Assembly: GCA_031426835.1 (NCBI GenBank)
Contig: JASJPF010000016.1
Location: 24,023-88,022, forward strand
Direction of reading: 5' to 3'
Origin: Thiobacillus sp.
GTDB taxonomy: Bacteria; Pseudomonadota; Gammaproteobacteria; Burkholderiales; Thiobacillaceae
DNA length: 64,000 nucleotides
Notes under the pieces: model-generated
The model's input: only the letters and a program-made list of their open reading frames with translations
Told to the model about the DNA's origin: nothing
The model's database searches: none
In this document: positions 53,503-64,000 of the stretch, piece by piece
Layout: each line of letters begins with the position of its first letter
How positions within the stretch are numbered: the stretch's first letter is position 1
Position numbers and translations under genes: made by a program

Positions 53503-54408
53503 ATGCCCTGGCAATCCGTTCGCATCCTCGTCGACTCCAAGCAAGCTGAGCTCTTATCTGACGCGCTGATGGAAGTGGGCGCGCTGTCGGTGTCGCTGGA
53601 AGACGCCGATGCCGGCACGGCGGACGAAACACCGCTGTTTGGCGAGCCGGATTACCCGACCGCGGAACTGTGGCCACACAGCATTGCGGCGGTTCTGCTG
53701 GATGAACATGCCGATGTGGCGGCAATACTGGCGGTTGCCGCGAAACAGGCGGGCATCCCCGCTCCCACCGAATACACGGTTGAACGCGTTGCCGAGCAGG
53801 ACTGGGTACGTCTCACTCAGTCGCAATTCGACCCCATCCCGATTTCACCCCGTCTGTGGATTGTGCCCACCTGGCATGACGCGCCCGACAGTAGCGCGAT
53901 CAACCTCAAGCTCGATCCCGGTCTGGCGTTTGGTACGGGCAGCCACCCGACCACGCGCCTGTGTCTGCGCTGGCTCGACAGCCATCTCGCCAGCGGCGAA
54001 ACCCTGCTTGATTACGGGTGCGGCTCCGGCATTCTTGCGATTGCCGCGGTCAAGCTCGGTGCCACGCGCGTCGACGGCGTCGATATCGACACGCAAGCCG
54101 TCACCTCGTCTCAGGACAACGCGGCGCTCAACAACGTAACGGCCCGTTTTTGCCTGCCCGACGAGCTCGAACCAGGGCACTACGATATCGTCGTCGCCAA
54201 CATCCTCACCAACCCGCTCAAGGGCATGGCACCGTTGCTGGCAGGCCGGGTACGGGCGGGGGGGCAATTGGTGCTGTCCGGCATTCTGGCCGAACAGGCC
54301 GAAGACGTGATGGCGGTTTACCGCCAATGGTTTGCGTTCGCCCCGCCCGAAATCGATGAGGGCTGGGTGCGCCTGGCCGGGGTCAAACAGGCCGGGCTCA
54401 AACAATGA
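53503..54408 (+). CDS. prmA: Ribosomal protein L11 methyltransferase
   Basis: DPGLAFGTGSHPTT, LDYGCGSGILAIAA, ANILTNPL. ATG at 53503. Confidence 0.93.
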   Translation: MPWQSVRILVDSKQAELLSDALMEVGALSVSLEDADAGTADETPLFGEPDYPTAELWPHSIAAVLLDEHADVAAILAVAAKQAGIPAPTEYTVERVAEQDWVRLTQSQFDPIPISPRLWIVPTWHDAPDSSAINLKLDPGLAFGTGSHPTTRLCLRWLDSHLASGETLLDYGCGSGILAIAAVKLGATRVDGVDIDTQAVTSSQDNAALNNVTARFCLPDELEPGHYDIVVANILTNPLKGMAPLLAGRVRAGGQLVLSGILAEQAEDVMAVYRQWFAFAPPEIDEGWVRLAGVKQAGLKQ

Positions 54409-55454
54409 GCTACCGCACCACGTGTTCGCATTGCGCCAGCGTGTTCCGCCTCGGGGCGGACCAGCTTGATGCAGCCCAGGGCTGGGTGCAGTGCAGCGTC
54501 TGCGGCGCGGCCTTCGATGCCCAGCTGAGTTTGCTGATGGAAGACGGCTCACCGGTACCGGTGGTCGAACCTGAACCCGTTGAATCACCCCCCACGCAGG
54601 AAATCGCGCCGCCGCCTGAAGCGACGAGTGACGAAGCGACAGCTGACACCCAGCGCGAAACCGAGCTGGAAGGGGCAAACGCCGAAATCGATGACGATGG
54701 CACGCGCACCACGCCGCAAGGAATCATCCAGCGCGAATCGCCGCTCGACCTGCCTTCCATCATCCTGATCGACCCGGATGCTTCGGAGTCGGACGACCCC
54801 GGCCCGCTGCCGCATATTCAGGCGCCGGCCTATCCGCCTAATCCATACGGGCCCAGTTACGCTGATCGGCCGCCACCCAGCGCCCCATCCTCCGTCTCGC
54901 CCACCACGCGCGTTGAATATGCCAACCTGCTGGCCGGAACGGCACGTCTTCCCGAGACACCACGCCTTCCCGGGACACCACGCCGCACCCAATCCTGGAT
55001 ATGGGTCGTTTCCAGCCTGTTGCTGCTGGCGATTTTGCTCGCGCAAGCCACCTATTTTCTGCGTGACACCGTCGTCAGCCAATTGCCGCAGAGCCGCCCC
55101 GCATTCGAGCAAGCCTGCGCGGCGCTCGGCTGCACGCTCTCACTGCCAAAAAATCTCACGCTGTTGAAAATCGTCGGTTCCGACCTGCAAACCGAAGCCA
55201 GCGGTCGTTTGAAGCTCGCGCTCACCCTGGGCAACCGTGCCAACCATGTTCAAGCGTGGCCGGTCCTGATCCTCACGCTCACAGATCAACGCAATCGTCC
55301 GCTGGCGCGCCGCAGTTTTGCCCCCAGCGAATATCTGGGCGATGCGCAACGTATCGCGGCCGGCATCCCGCCGCGCAGCGAACAAGCGCTGAATCTGCCC
55401 CTCAACGTGCGCAATCTGGCCCCAATGGGGTTTGATTTAAAGCTGACGTATTAA
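54405..55454 (+). CDS. MJ0042-type zinc-ribbon protein with DUF3426-like C-terminal domain
   Basis: CSHCASVFRL...VQCSVCGAAF zinc ribbon, an acidic/Pro-rich linker, a TM, and a C-terminal beta-rich domain. The usual prmA neighbour in betaproteobacteria. Confidence 0.75.
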   Translation: MSYRTTCSHCASVFRLGADQLDAAQGWVQCSVCGAAFDAQLSLLMEDGSPVPVVEPEPVESPPTQEIAPPPEATSDEATADTQRETELEGANAEIDDDGTRTTPQGIIQRESPLDLPSIILIDPDASESDDPGPLPHIQAPAYPPNPYGPSYADRPPPSAPSSVSPTTRVEYANLLAGTARLPETPRLPGTPRRTQSWIWVVSSLLLLAILLAQATYFLRDTVVSQLPQSRPAFEQACAALGCTLSLPKNLTLLKIVGSDLQTEASGRLKLALTLGNRANHVQAWPVLILTLTDQRNRPLARRSFAPSEYLGDAQRIAAGIPPRSEQALNLPLNVRNLAPMGFDLKLTY

Positions 55455-55524
55455 GATTTTCGCCGCTTCCGGCAGTAAAAATCTGACTGGCTGGCGGATC
55501 GCTTCTTCGGTATAGTGCGCATTC

Positions 55525-55742
55525 CCGTTGCGGGAGAGCGCGTGCCGTGTGAATTCGACCCAGCCGCCGCCGAAGGCGTAACCCACCCGGAATCGCTCAG
55601 GCAAAAAGGACCGCAACAACCGGAATACTCTGGAGAGCGCGGACGCTGTGTTTCAAACAGCCAGCCGCCACCGAAGGGGCAGCGGCGGTCTGGATGGCAA
55701 CAATCCAGACCGCCGTAATCTCTCAGGTACCAAGGACAGAGG
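55525..55742 (+). promoter_or_regulatory. Tandem glycine riboswitch (two aptamers) leader of the gcv operon
   Basis: Aptamer 1: GCGGGAGAG...GCCGCCGAAGGCG...CTCAGGCAAAAAGGACCGCAAC. Aptamer 2: CTCTGGAGAGCG...GCCACCGAAGGGGCA...CTCAGGTACCAAGGACAGAG. Confidence 0.88.
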
Positions 55743-55788
55743 GGTGGGGCGTATCCGCGCTTTATCTCTTTTTTAATTTGGTACCCCC

Positions 55789-56883
55789 ATGTCCGATCAA
55801 ACTGCACTCAAGCTCACCCCCCTCAACGCGACTCACCGCGAATCCGGCGCCAAAATGGTCGATTTCGGCGGCTGGGACATGCCGGTGAACTACGGTTCGC
55901 AAATCGAAGAACACCATACCGTCCGCACCGGCTGTGGGCTGTTCGACGTCTCCCACATGCTGCCGCTCGACATCAGGGGCGCCCAGGTCCGCGCCTTTCT
56001 GCGCCGGCTGGTGGCCAACAACGTCGACAAGTTGCAGGTGCCGGGCAAGGCACTGTATTCCTGCATGCTCAACGAAGCCGGCGGTGTGATCGACGACCTC
56101 ATCATCTATTTCATGGACGAGAACTGGTTCCGCCTGGTGGTCAACGCCGGCACCGCGGAAAAAGACCTCGCCTGGATGGAGAAAATGAATACCGAATGGG
56201 ACATGGGCCTCACGCTCACCCCGCGCCGCGATCTGGCGATGATCGCGATCCAGGGCCCGAACGCCACACAGGCACTCAATGAGGCGCTGCCCGGCGTCGA
56301 CAGCATCACCGCCAACCTCAAGCCCTTTAACGCTGCAGCCATGGGCGAAATGTTTATCGCCCGCACCGGCTACACCGGCGAAAACGGCTTTGAGGTGATG
56401 GTGCTGGCAAAATCCGCGCCCTATTTCTGGAAAGCGCTGGTTGAAGCCGGTGGCAAGCCGATCGGGCTGGGCGCGCGCGACACCCTTCGACTCGAAGCCG
56501 GGATGAATTTATACGGCCAGGACATGGACGACACCACCTCGCCGCTGGAGTCCGGCTTGGCGTGGACGGTGGACCTGAAAACCGAACGCGATTTCGTCGG
56601 CCGGGCTGCGCTGGAAAAAAGCGAAATCACCCAGCAACTGGTCGGCCTGCTGCTGCTCGACAAAGGCGTTTTGCGCGGTCATCAGAAGGTCATCACCAAA
56701 CATGGCGCGGGCGAAATCACCTCCGGCTCCTTCTCGCCTACACTGCAGCAATCGATTGCGCTCGCGCGCATTCCGCTTGGGATTGCACCAGGCGAAGAAA
56801 TCGAAGTTGAAATCCGCGACAAAAGACTGAAAGCCAAAGTGGTGAAGTATCCCTTTGTGCGCAACGGCAAGGCTCTGATTTAA
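55789..56883 (+). CDS. gcvT: Glycine cleavage system aminomethyltransferase T
   Basis: [46 protein letters not shown]. Confidence 0.96.
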   Translation: MSDQTALKLTPLNATHRESGAKMVDFGGWDMPVNYGSQIEEHHTVRTGCGLFDVSHMLPLDIRGAQVRAFLRRLVANNVDKLQVPGKALYSCMLNEAGGVIDDLIIYFMDENWFRLVVNAGTAEKDLAWMEKMNTEWDMGLTLTPRRDLAMIAIQGPNATQALNEALPGVDSITANLKPFNAAAMGEMFIARTGYTGENGFEVMVLAKSAPYFWKALVEAGGKPIGLGARDTLRLEAGMNLYGQDMDDTTSPLESGLAWTVDLKTERDFVGRAALEKSEITQQLVGLLLLDKGVLRGHQKVITKHGAGEITSGSFSPTLQQSIALARIPLGIAPGEEIEVEIRDKRLKAKVVKYPFVRNGKALI

Positions 56884-56962
56884 TTTAACGACTCGGCACC
56901 GGCGCTTGAAACGCGCCCTGCCTGCACCCTGACATTTACATCACTCTCTTCTGGACCCCACC

Positions 56963-57352
56963 ATGAATATCCCAGCTGACCTCAAATACACTCCCAGCCA
57001 CGAATGGGTGCGCGTCGAAGCCGACGGCACGCTGACGGTGGGCATTACCCATCATGCGCAAGATTTGCTGGGCGACATGGTGTTCATTGAAAGCCCGGCA
57101 GTCGGCCGCGCCCTCAGCAAGGGCGAAGAGTGTGCGGTGGTCGAATCGGTGAAAGCGGCCTCCGACGTCTACGCCCCGGTTTCAGGCGAAGTGATTGCGG
57201 CAAACGGCGATGTCGAATCCAGTCCTGAACAGGTGAACAAGGATGCCTATGCGGCATGGCTGTTCAAGATCAAGCCCACTGACGCAGGCGAAGTGGCCAC
57301 CCTGCTGGATGCGACGGCTTACCAGAAACTTGTCGTGGCTGATGCCCACTAA
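56963..57352 (+). CDS. gcvH: Glycine cleavage system H protein
   Basis: YTPSHEWV and lipoylation motif [16 protein letters not shown]. Confidence 0.96.
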   Translation: MNIPADLKYTPSHEWVRVEADGTLTVGITHHAQDLLGDMVFIESPAVGRALSKGEECAVVESVKAASDVYAPVSGEVIAANGDVESSPEQVNKDAYAAWLFKIKPTDAGEVATLLDATAYQKLVVADAH

Positions 57353-57363
57353 TTTCGACCATC

Positions 57364-58740
57364 ATGCCTTTCATTCCCCACACCCCTGAAGATGTCTCGA
57401 CCATGCTCGGCGCCATTGGCGCTGGCAGCATCGAAGAGCTGTTCGACGAGATTCCGCCTGCACTCAAAGCGGGCAAACTGAAAGACGTACCCGAAGGCCT
57501 GTCCGAAATGGCAGTCGCGCGGCTGATGCAGGAGCGTGCTTCACAGGACGGCTTCTGGTCCAGCTTTATCGGTGCGGGCGTCTACGATCACCACATCCCG
57601 GCAGCCATCTGGCAGATCACCACGCGCGGCGAGTTTTACTCGGCCTACACGCCGTACCAGGCCGAAGCTTCGCAAGGCACGCTGCAGTTGATCTATGAAT
57701 ACCAGACCATGATGACCCGGCTGACGGGGCTTGATGTGTCGAATGCCTCCATGTACGACGGCGCCACCGCGCTGGCCGAAGCCGTGTTGATGGCGGTGCG
57801 TTCGCACAAGAGCTCACGCCGCGTGCTGGTGCCTAAAACCGTGCACCCGATCTACCGTCGCGTGGTCCACACCACAGTGAAGAACCAGGGCATCGAACTG
57901 GTCGAGCTTGAATACGATCCCGCCACCGGGCAAACCATTCTGCCAGCCGACGCAGGCAGCTTTGCCGGCTTGGTGATCCCGCAACCCAATTTCTTCGGCG
58001 TGCTGGAAGACGTGCACGCGATGACCGACTGGGCGCATGCACAAGGCGCGCTGGCCATCGCCTTGGTCAACCCCACCACGCTGGCGGTGCTGGAAGCCCC
58101 CGGGCAATGGGGCCAGACCGGCGCCGACATCGCGGTGGGCGAAGGCCAGCCGCTGGGCGCGCCGATGGCCTCGGGCGGTCCTTACTTCGGCTTCATGTGC
58201 TGTCGCCAGAGTTTCGTGCGGCAAATGCCCGGGCGCATTGTTGGCCGTACCGTCGACCTCGACGGCAAGCCGGGTTTTTCGCTGACGTTGCAGGCACGCG
58301 AGCAGCACATCCGCCGCTCCAAAGCCACCTCCAACATCTGCACCAACCAGGGGCTGGTTGTGACTGCTGCCACGCAATACATGGCGCTGCTGGGGCCGCA
58401 AGGCCTGGCGAAGGTGGCTTCGGCCAGCCATGCCGGCACCATGGCACTGGCTGACAAACTGGCCGCGATTCCGAATGTCACGCGCGCGTTTGCCTCACCG
58501 GCCTTCCACGAAGTCGTGCTCAAGCTCAACGACAACGCCCATGACGTGCTGCGCGCGTTACGGGCACAAGGCATTCTCGGCGGACTGGATATTTCCGACT
58601 GGTATCCCGAGCTCGGTCAGGCGATTCTGGTCTGCGTCACCGAAACCAAAACGCCGGCCGATCTCGATCACTACGTGCAGCAGATGGAACGCATTCTGTC
58701 GAAACGACGCGAAGCCCCGCCCTGCGCATACAAAAGTTAA
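57364..58740 (+). CDS. gcvPA: Glycine dehydrogenase (decarboxylating) subunit 1
   Basis: [42 protein letters not shown]. Confidence 0.95.
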   Translation: MPFIPHTPEDVSTMLGAIGAGSIEELFDEIPPALKAGKLKDVPEGLSEMAVARLMQERASQDGFWSSFIGAGVYDHHIPAAIWQITTRGEFYSAYTPYQAEASQGTLQLIYEYQTMMTRLTGLDVSNASMYDGATALAEAVLMAVRSHKSSRRVLVPKTVHPIYRRVVHTTVKNQGIELVELEYDPATGQTILPADAGSFAGLVIPQPNFFGVLEDVHAMTDWAHAQGALAIALVNPTTLAVLEAPGQWGQTGADIAVGEGQPLGAPMASGGPYFGFMCCRQSFVRQMPGRIVGRTVDLDGKPGFSLTLQAREQHIRRSKATSNICTNQGLVVTAATQYMALLGPQGLAKVASASHAGTMALADKLAAIPNVTRAFASPAFHEVVLKLNDNAHDVLRALRAQGILGGLDISDWYPELGQAILVCVTETKTPADLDHYVQQMERILSKRREAPPCAYKS

Positions 58741-58752
58741 TCGGAACCCGAC

Positions 58753-59040
58753 ATGAGCGACATCAAACGCGACAAGGAATTCTGGGAACTGGCTGATTCA
58801 TTTATTCAGTTGGCCAATACCCATTTGAGCGAGCACAAACCCAGCCGGGTGAGTGCGAGCGCGCTCTTTGCAGCAGCAAGATTCAATGCCTTTGTCATCA
58901 CTGCAGCAACCGAAAGCAAGGAACAGCTGATCACGGAGAAAGAAGCCGCAATCGCTTATTTTCTGGAGCAGTACGAAGCCATGCTGCGCGAGAATATCGA
59001 TGAACACTTGACCCGCTACGACAAGAAAATGGATTCGTGA
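58753..59040 (+). CDS. DUF3144-family small protein
   Basis: 95 aa, FWELADSFIQLANTHL...SASALFAAARFNAFV. Confidence 0.6.
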   Translation: MSDIKRDKEFWELADSFIQLANTHLSEHKPSRVSASALFAAARFNAFVITAATESKEQLITEKEAAIAYFLEQYEAMLRENIDEHLTRYDKKMDS

Positions 59041-59109
59041 GCAGTAAATGAATCGGGTGCAAGAACTCACACCCGACATTTAATTAATTGATTAAAGGAG
59101 AGCACACAC

Positions 59110-59601
59110 ATGACAGTGACTTTAGGCGGCAACCCCATTGACGTTGCAGGCAACTTCCCCAAAGTGGGCGACACCGCCCCCGATTTCAAACTGGTGAACG
59201 GCGATCTGACCGACGTTTCACTGGCTGACTTTGCTGGCAAGAAAAAACTGTTGAACATCGTGCCCAGTCTGGACACCGGCGTGTGCGCCACGTCGACCAA
59301 AAAACTCAACGACGCTGCGCTGAATGGGGCGGTGCTGATGGTGATTTCAGCCGACCTGCCGTTTGCCCAGGGACGTTTTTGCACCGCTGAAGGCACTAAC
59401 AATGCAGTGACACTTTCGACCATGCGCGGCGCGGAGTTCATGCAGAACTATGGCGTTGCCATTACCAGCGGCCCGCTCTGCGGTGTCACGGCGCGCGCAC
59501 TGATCGTGCTGGACGAGCACAACAAGGTGCTGCACGCTGAACTGGTGCCCGAGATCAAACAGGAACCCAACTACGACGCCGCACTAGCGGCACTGAAGTA
59601 A
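59110..59601 (+). CDS. tpx: Thiol peroxidase (atypical 2-Cys peroxiredoxin Tpx)
   Basis: [37 protein letters not shown] precedes the ATG. Confidence 0.93.
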   Translation: MTVTLGGNPIDVAGNFPKVGDTAPDFKLVNGDLTDVSLADFAGKKKLLNIVPSLDTGVCATSTKKLNDAALNGAVLMVISADLPFAQGRFCTAEGTNNAVTLSTMRGAEFMQNYGVAITSGPLCGVTARALIVLDEHNKVLHAELVPEIKQEPNYDAALAALK

Positions 59602-59652
59602 TTTCTTCCGCGCATACCCTTCACGGTATTCGCGGGCAACCAGGTTTTCACC

Positions 59653-61104
59653 ATGCTGATATTCGACCATTCCCGTCCCGGCCGCACCGCTGCCGCCCAA
59701 ATGCCTGCTGCTGGCGGCAATCTCGACGACCTGCCCGCGGCCTTGCGCCGCAAGGATGCACCGGGGCTGCCCGAAGTATCTGAACTCGATGTGGTGCGCC
59801 ACTACACACGTCTGAGCCAGAAGAACTTCTCGATCGACACCCAGTTCTACCCGCTCGGCTCGTGCACCATGAAGTACAACCCGCGCGCGTGTAACTCGCT
59901 GGCGATGTTGCCGCAGTTTCTGGCGCGCCATCCGGCCAGTCCGGACGAAACCGGGCAGGGCTTTTTGGCCAGCATGTTCGAGTTGCAGGAAATGCTGAAG
60001 GACGTGACCGGCATGGCAGGCGTATCGATGGCACCGATGGCCGGCGCGCATGGTGAATTCGCCGGGGTGGCGATGATCCGCGCCTACCACGATGCCCGCG
60101 GCGACACCGCGCGGCGCGAGATCATCGTGCCGGACGCAGCGCACGGCACCAACCCGGCCACCGCCACCATGTGCGGCTACACGGTCAAGGAAATCCCCAC
60201 CGACTCGACCGGCAGCGTCAATATCGAAGCGTTGAAAGCCGCCGTCGGTCCACACACGGCAGGCCTGATGCTGACCAACCCGTCAACGCTGGGCGTGTTC
60301 GAAAAAGCCATTTCCGAAATCCAGAAAATCGTTCACGACGCCGGCGGCCTCTCCTACTACGACGGCGCCAACCTCAATGCGATTCTGGGCAAGGTGCGCC
60401 CCGGCGACATGGGTTTCGACGTCATCCACATGAACCTGCACAAGACCTTTTCCACCCCGCACGGCGGCGGCGGTCCGGGCGCCGGCCCGGTGGGCGTATC
60501 GAAGCGGCTGCTGCCTTTCATGCCGATCCCGCTGGTGCTGAACGAAAATGGCGCGTATCGCCTGGCCCATGAAGCGGACCTGCCGCAATCAATCGGCCGC
60601 ATGTCGGGCAACATGGGCAATGCGGGCGTACTGATGCGCGCCTACATCTATGCGCGCCTGCTCGGTCGCGACGGCATGCACCGCGTCGCCGAATACGCCA
60701 CGCTCAACGCCAACTATCTGATGGTCCAGTTGCGTGAAGCGGGGTTTGATCTTGCGTTCCCGACGCGCCGCGCCAGCCACGAGTTCATCGTGACGCTGAA
60801 ACGTCTGAAGGAAACCACCGGCGTCACCGCGATGGATTTTGCCAAGCGCCTGCTCGACTACGGTTACCACGCGCCGACCACCTACTTTCCCCTGCTGGTG
60901 CCGGAATGCCTGTTGATCGAGCCGACCGAAACCGAAAGCCGCGAAACGCTGGATGGTTTTGTCGAAGCGATGAAAGCCATCAAGCTCGAAGCCGAAACCA
61001 GCGCAGCGCTGGTAAAGGGCGCGCCCTACAGCCTGCCGGTGCGGCGCCTGGACGACGTCAAGGCCGCACGCGAACTCGATCTGGCCTACAAGCCCGCTGC
61101 ATGA
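59653..61104 (+). CDS. gcvPB: Glycine dehydrogenase (decarboxylating) subunit 2
   Basis: [28 protein letters not shown] (PLP lysine region). Confidence 0.95.
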   Translation: MLIFDHSRPGRTAAAQMPAAGGNLDDLPAALRRKDAPGLPEVSELDVVRHYTRLSQKNFSIDTQFYPLGSCTMKYNPRACNSLAMLPQFLARHPASPDETGQGFLASMFELQEMLKDVTGMAGVSMAPMAGAHGEFAGVAMIRAYHDARGDTARREIIVPDAAHGTNPATATMCGYTVKEIPTDSTGSVNIEALKAAVGPHTAGLMLTNPSTLGVFEKAISEIQKIVHDAGGLSYYDGANLNAILGKVRPGDMGFDVIHMNLHKTFSTPHGGGGPGAGPVGVSKRLLPFMPIPLVLNENGAYRLAHEADLPQSIGRMSGNMGNAGVLMRAYIYARLLGRDGMHRVAEYATLNANYLMVQLREAGFDLAFPTRRASHEFIVTLKRLKETTGVTAMDFAKRLLDYGYHAPTTYFPLLVPECLLIEPTETESRETLDGFVEAMKAIKLEAETSAALVKGAPYSLPVRRLDDVKAARELDLAYKPAA

Positions 61105-61478
61105 GCGAACCGACCAGCCCGTTCAAGGGCAAGACCGGTCTGCGCCGGATTCTCAACGCAGTGGGCTACTCGTGGGCCGGCCTGGCTGCCGCTTTCAAGC
61201 ATGAAAATGCATTCCAGCAGGAAGTGTTTTTAGCGCTGCTGCTGGTTCCGCTCGCCCTGTTTCTGGGCGACTCGGGGATTGAGCGCGCGCTGATGATCGC
61301 CGCCGTGCTGCTGGTGCTGATGGTTGAACTGCTGAATTCCGCAATTGAAGCCGCGGTCGACCGCATCTCGCTGGAACACCACCTGCTCATCAAGCGCGCA
61401 AAGGATATGGGCAGTGCAGCGGTGATGATCGCGCTCATAAACGTCGTGGCCGTATGGGCTTTGCTGCTGTTGGACTGA
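61101..61478 (+). CDS. dgkA: Diacylglycerol kinase
   Basis: 125 aa, [41 protein letters not shown] overlap with the gcvPB stop. Confidence 0.9.
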   Translation: MSEPTSPFKGKTGLRRILNAVGYSWAGLAAAFKHENAFQQEVFLALLLVPLALFLGDSGIERALMIAAVLLVLMVELLNSAIEAAVDRISLEHHLLIKRAKDMGSAAVMIALINVVAVWALLLLD

Positions 61479-61584
61479 CGGCCTTATCAAAATCAATCTC
61501 AAGAACCGCGTCATTTGCATGCCAGGCCCTTAAGATATGGCGCCCATGACCGGAATACAGGGGTACGTCCTTTAAAGTAGCCGT

Positions 61585-62838
61585 GTGAACCTCAAATCTG
61601 TTTGTTTCCTGTTGAGCCTGTGCCATGCCGGTTCTGTCGCCGCCCTCGGGCTCGGCGAGCTGACCGTGCGCTCGCACCTGGGGCAGGCACTGCACGTCAG
61701 CGTCAAAATACTGGGGGCAAATACTACAGTCGCCGCGGGCAGTTTCAGCCTTGCCTCCAGCGAGGGAGCAGCCGTCACGCCGCCATGGGCGCAATTTGCG
61801 CTGGGATTCGGCCGCGAGGTGCCCGTTGTCACGGCACAAGAGAAAGCGCCCCGCTCAGAGTCCGCGCCTCCCGCCGACACATACAAGGCAAAGCAAGCCC
61901 CTGTTGCGCCACGCCAGTCACCCTCGGCCACGCGGCCTGCGCTTCCCCGTAATCAAGCGGCTGCCCAGGACGATCAGGCGCCGCGTCCGGTGCTATCGGG
62001 AAGGCATGGCGTAAACAGCGCCGCGCTCGCCCTGCGCCTCGATACCAATCTGCCCGACCTGAGTCGACTGCATACCGAAAGCCTGACCCACGACGAGATA
62101 TCGGACGAAAATACCGCGCTCACCCGCAAGCTTGTCCATCTGGAAGCACAGTTGATCGCCCTGCAAAAACGCAATGCCGAAATCGACGCGAAACGCGTGG
62201 GCGAACCCGCGAACAAAACGCCGAGCCCCTCCAGTCAATCCGCGCAGTGGCCACTGTATCTGTTGATCGTCGGTCTGCTGGTCGCTGCCGGCGTGCTTAT
62301 CGCCTGGCTGCGCCGACACAGCCGCGATTAAACGCTCCCGGAGTCCGAGCCGATATTCGAATTCTCCCCTTCGGCGCAGGCCCCAACGACCGAGGTCAAG
62401 GACGACAGCCTCGACCAGGCCGAAGTCTATATGGCGCACGGCCACGGCGATCTTGCGGTCCACCTGCTGCAGGAACATCTGCGCGAGGCGCCTGACGAAT
62501 CCCCGGTGCCGTGGCTGTTGCTGCTCGACCTGCTTCATCGTGAAGGCGACACCGAGGGCTATACCGTTGCCAGTACCGAATGCCGCCGTTATTTCAACGT
62601 CAATCTCAGCAGCCACCCTGTTTCGCAAGAGGGTGAAACCAGTCAGGGCCTGGAGAATTATCCGCACCTGCTGGAACAAATGGTTGTCGTATGGGGCTCG
62701 CCCGCGGTCGAAGATTTCTTCAATGACCTGATCTTTGACAGACGGGGTGGCACCCGCGCCGGCTTCGACCCCGGTGCCTACCGCGACATTTTGCTGCTGC
62801 GCGCAGTCTCCCGTTCCAACTACCCGCTCGCAGCCTGA
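61585..62838 (+). pseudogene. FimV-like protein (LGLGEL N-terminal motif, TM, cytoplasmic TPR-like C-terminus) interrupted by a single in-frame TAA at 62329-62331
   Basis: ORFs 61585-62331 and 62431-62838 are in the same frame (846 nt apart = 282 codons). The intervening 33 codons are open. The C-terminal helical motif SLDQAEVYMAHGHGDLAVHLLQEHL begins upstream of the second ATG. Confidence 0.5.
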
Positions 62839-62920
62839 ACAGCGGCGACTCGCCTCTGAGTCAGGACCATCGAATCACTCTGCGTATAATCCAGCTTGTC
62901 GTTTACAACCTGTAGCCAAC

Positions 62921-63853
62921 ATGCGCACCCTCATCTGCGGTTCCCTCGCCTTCGATTCCATCATGGTGTTTCAGGATCACTTCAAGCACCACATCCTGCC
63001 CGACAAAATCCACATGCTGAACGTGTCGTTTCTGGTGCCGGAAATGCGCCGCGAGTTTGGCGGCTGCGCCGGCAATATCGCCTACAACCTGAAGTTGCTG
63101 GGCGGCGATCCTGTGATCATGGCAACCGTCGGCGAGGATTTCGGCGTCTACGCCGAACGGCTGGATGCACAGGGCATTTCGCGTGAATCAATCCGCAACA
63201 TGCCCGGCAGCTTTACCGCGCAGGCGTTTATCACCACCGATCTGGCCGACAACCAGATCACTGCCTTCCATCCTGGCGCGATGTTTTTCTCGCATGAGAA
63301 CGATGCGTCCCAAGCGCGCGACATCGGTCTGGGCATTGTTTCGCCCGACGGCCGCGACGGCATGCTGAGCCACTGCCGGCAGTTCCACCAAGCCGGTATC
63401 CCATTCGTGTTCGACCCGGGTCAGGGAATGCCGCTGTTTTCCGGCAGCGAACTGCTGGAAATGGTCGAACTGGCCGACTACGTCACGCTCAATGATTACG
63501 AAGCCGAGTTGCTGCAGGCGCGCACCGAGATGTCGCTGGCTGTTCTGGCGACCAAGGTGAAATGCCTGGTCGTGACGCGTGGCGAAGCCGGATCGCAGTT
63601 TTATGTCGACGGCAAGATGATCGATATCCCGGTTGTCCCGGCCCGTGCCGTGGTCGACCCCACCGGTTGCGGCGATGCTTTTCGCGCTGGCTTGCTCTAC
63701 GGCATCGCCCACGGCTGGGACTGGGAAACCACCGGCCAGCTGGCGAGCGTGATGGGATCGATCAAGATCGAACAGCGCGGTGGCCAAAACCACACGCCCA
63801 CCCGCGACGAGATCGGCGAGCGGTTGAATACCGCTTTCGGCAAAACGCTTTAA
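62921..63853 (+). CDS. PfkB-family carbohydrate/nucleoside kinase (adenosine-kinase-like)
   Basis: MRTLICGSLAFDSI, GGCAGNIAYNL, DPTGCGDAFRAG. ATG at 62921. Confidence 0.87.
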   Translation: MRTLICGSLAFDSIMVFQDHFKHHILPDKIHMLNVSFLVPEMRREFGGCAGNIAYNLKLLGGDPVIMATVGEDFGVYAERLDAQGISRESIRNMPGSFTAQAFITTDLADNQITAFHPGAMFFSHENDASQARDIGLGIVSPDGRDGMLSHCRQFHQAGIPFVFDPGQGMPLFSGSELLEMVELADYVTLNDYEAELLQARTEMSLAVLATKVKCLVVTRGEAGSQFYVDGKMIDIPVVPARAVVDPTGCGDAFRAGLLYGIAHGWDWETTGQLASVMGSIKIEQRGGQNHTPTRDEIGERLNTAFGKTL

Positions 63854-63859
63854 GCCTTT

Positions 63860-63889
63860 AACCGGATGGTGTTTCGACACCATCCGGTT
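63860..63889 (+). terminator. Strong hairpin after the PfkB kinase gene (no U-tract)
   Basis: AACCGGATGGTGT-ttcg-ACACCATCCGGTT, 13-bp perfect stem. Confidence 0.45.
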
Positions 63890-64000
63890 GCACGCGCCCG
63901 CTCGACCCACGCTTTGACTGGGCCGTTCCCGCCAAATCGTCTGGCCTGATTCCGTTAATGTGCACTTCGCCTATATTGGGGGGAGACCATCCACGGGAAG

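Overview
High-GC chromosomal segment that looks betaproteobacterial. Gene content and synteny resemble Thiobacillus/Nitrosomonadales-type organisms, but that taxonomic call is inference only.

Housekeeping blocks: phoR-phoB with a Pho box; ubiE-ubiJ-ubiB; an SSF symporter; pilMNOPQ-aroK divergent from mrcA; hemB; engB; cytochrome c4 plus System II cytochrome c maturation (resB-ccsA-tlpA-like); aroQ-accB-accC-prmA; a tandem glycine riboswitch in front of gcvT-gcvH-gcvPA-(DUF3144-tpx)-gcvPB-dgkA; a FimV-like gene broken by one in-frame stop; and a PfkB kinase.

Accessory content:
1. A 6.0-9.75 kb islet between two convergent genes. It holds IS630 (A8 slippery site), a vWA PEP-CTERM protein, a RayT/TnpA-REP gene flanked by inverted GTAG hairpins, and Phd/VapC.
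2. A tightly coupled four-gene operon fused onto aroK (9.75-15.9 kb): secreted beta-helix protein, 3xVanZ polytopic membrane protein, DHH/DHHA1 phosphoesterase, and an APS kinase with a degenerate ATP-sulfurylase domain. I read it as a PAPS/pAp-cycling envelope-modification module with no recognisable sulfotransferase.
3. A 25.2-44.2 kb PEP-CTERM/exosortase regulatory island: sugar transferase-prsK-prsR, an inserted LolA-like/OM barrel/MMPL exporter operon, two tandem prsT paralogs, and a PEP-CTERM protein. It also holds an uncharacterised trio: FeeM/OlsB-like N-acyltransferase, stand-alone ThiF/E1-like enzyme and SAM methyltransferase.

Three near-identical sigma-54 promoters (TGGCAT-N6-TGCT) precede the two PEP-CTERM genes and the sugar-transferase/prsKR operon. 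The two PEP-CTERM promoters also share a 9-mer exactly 112 nt upstream.

No rRNA, tRNA, CRISPR array or exosortase gene was seen. All family names come from reading the translations from memory; nothing was searched.
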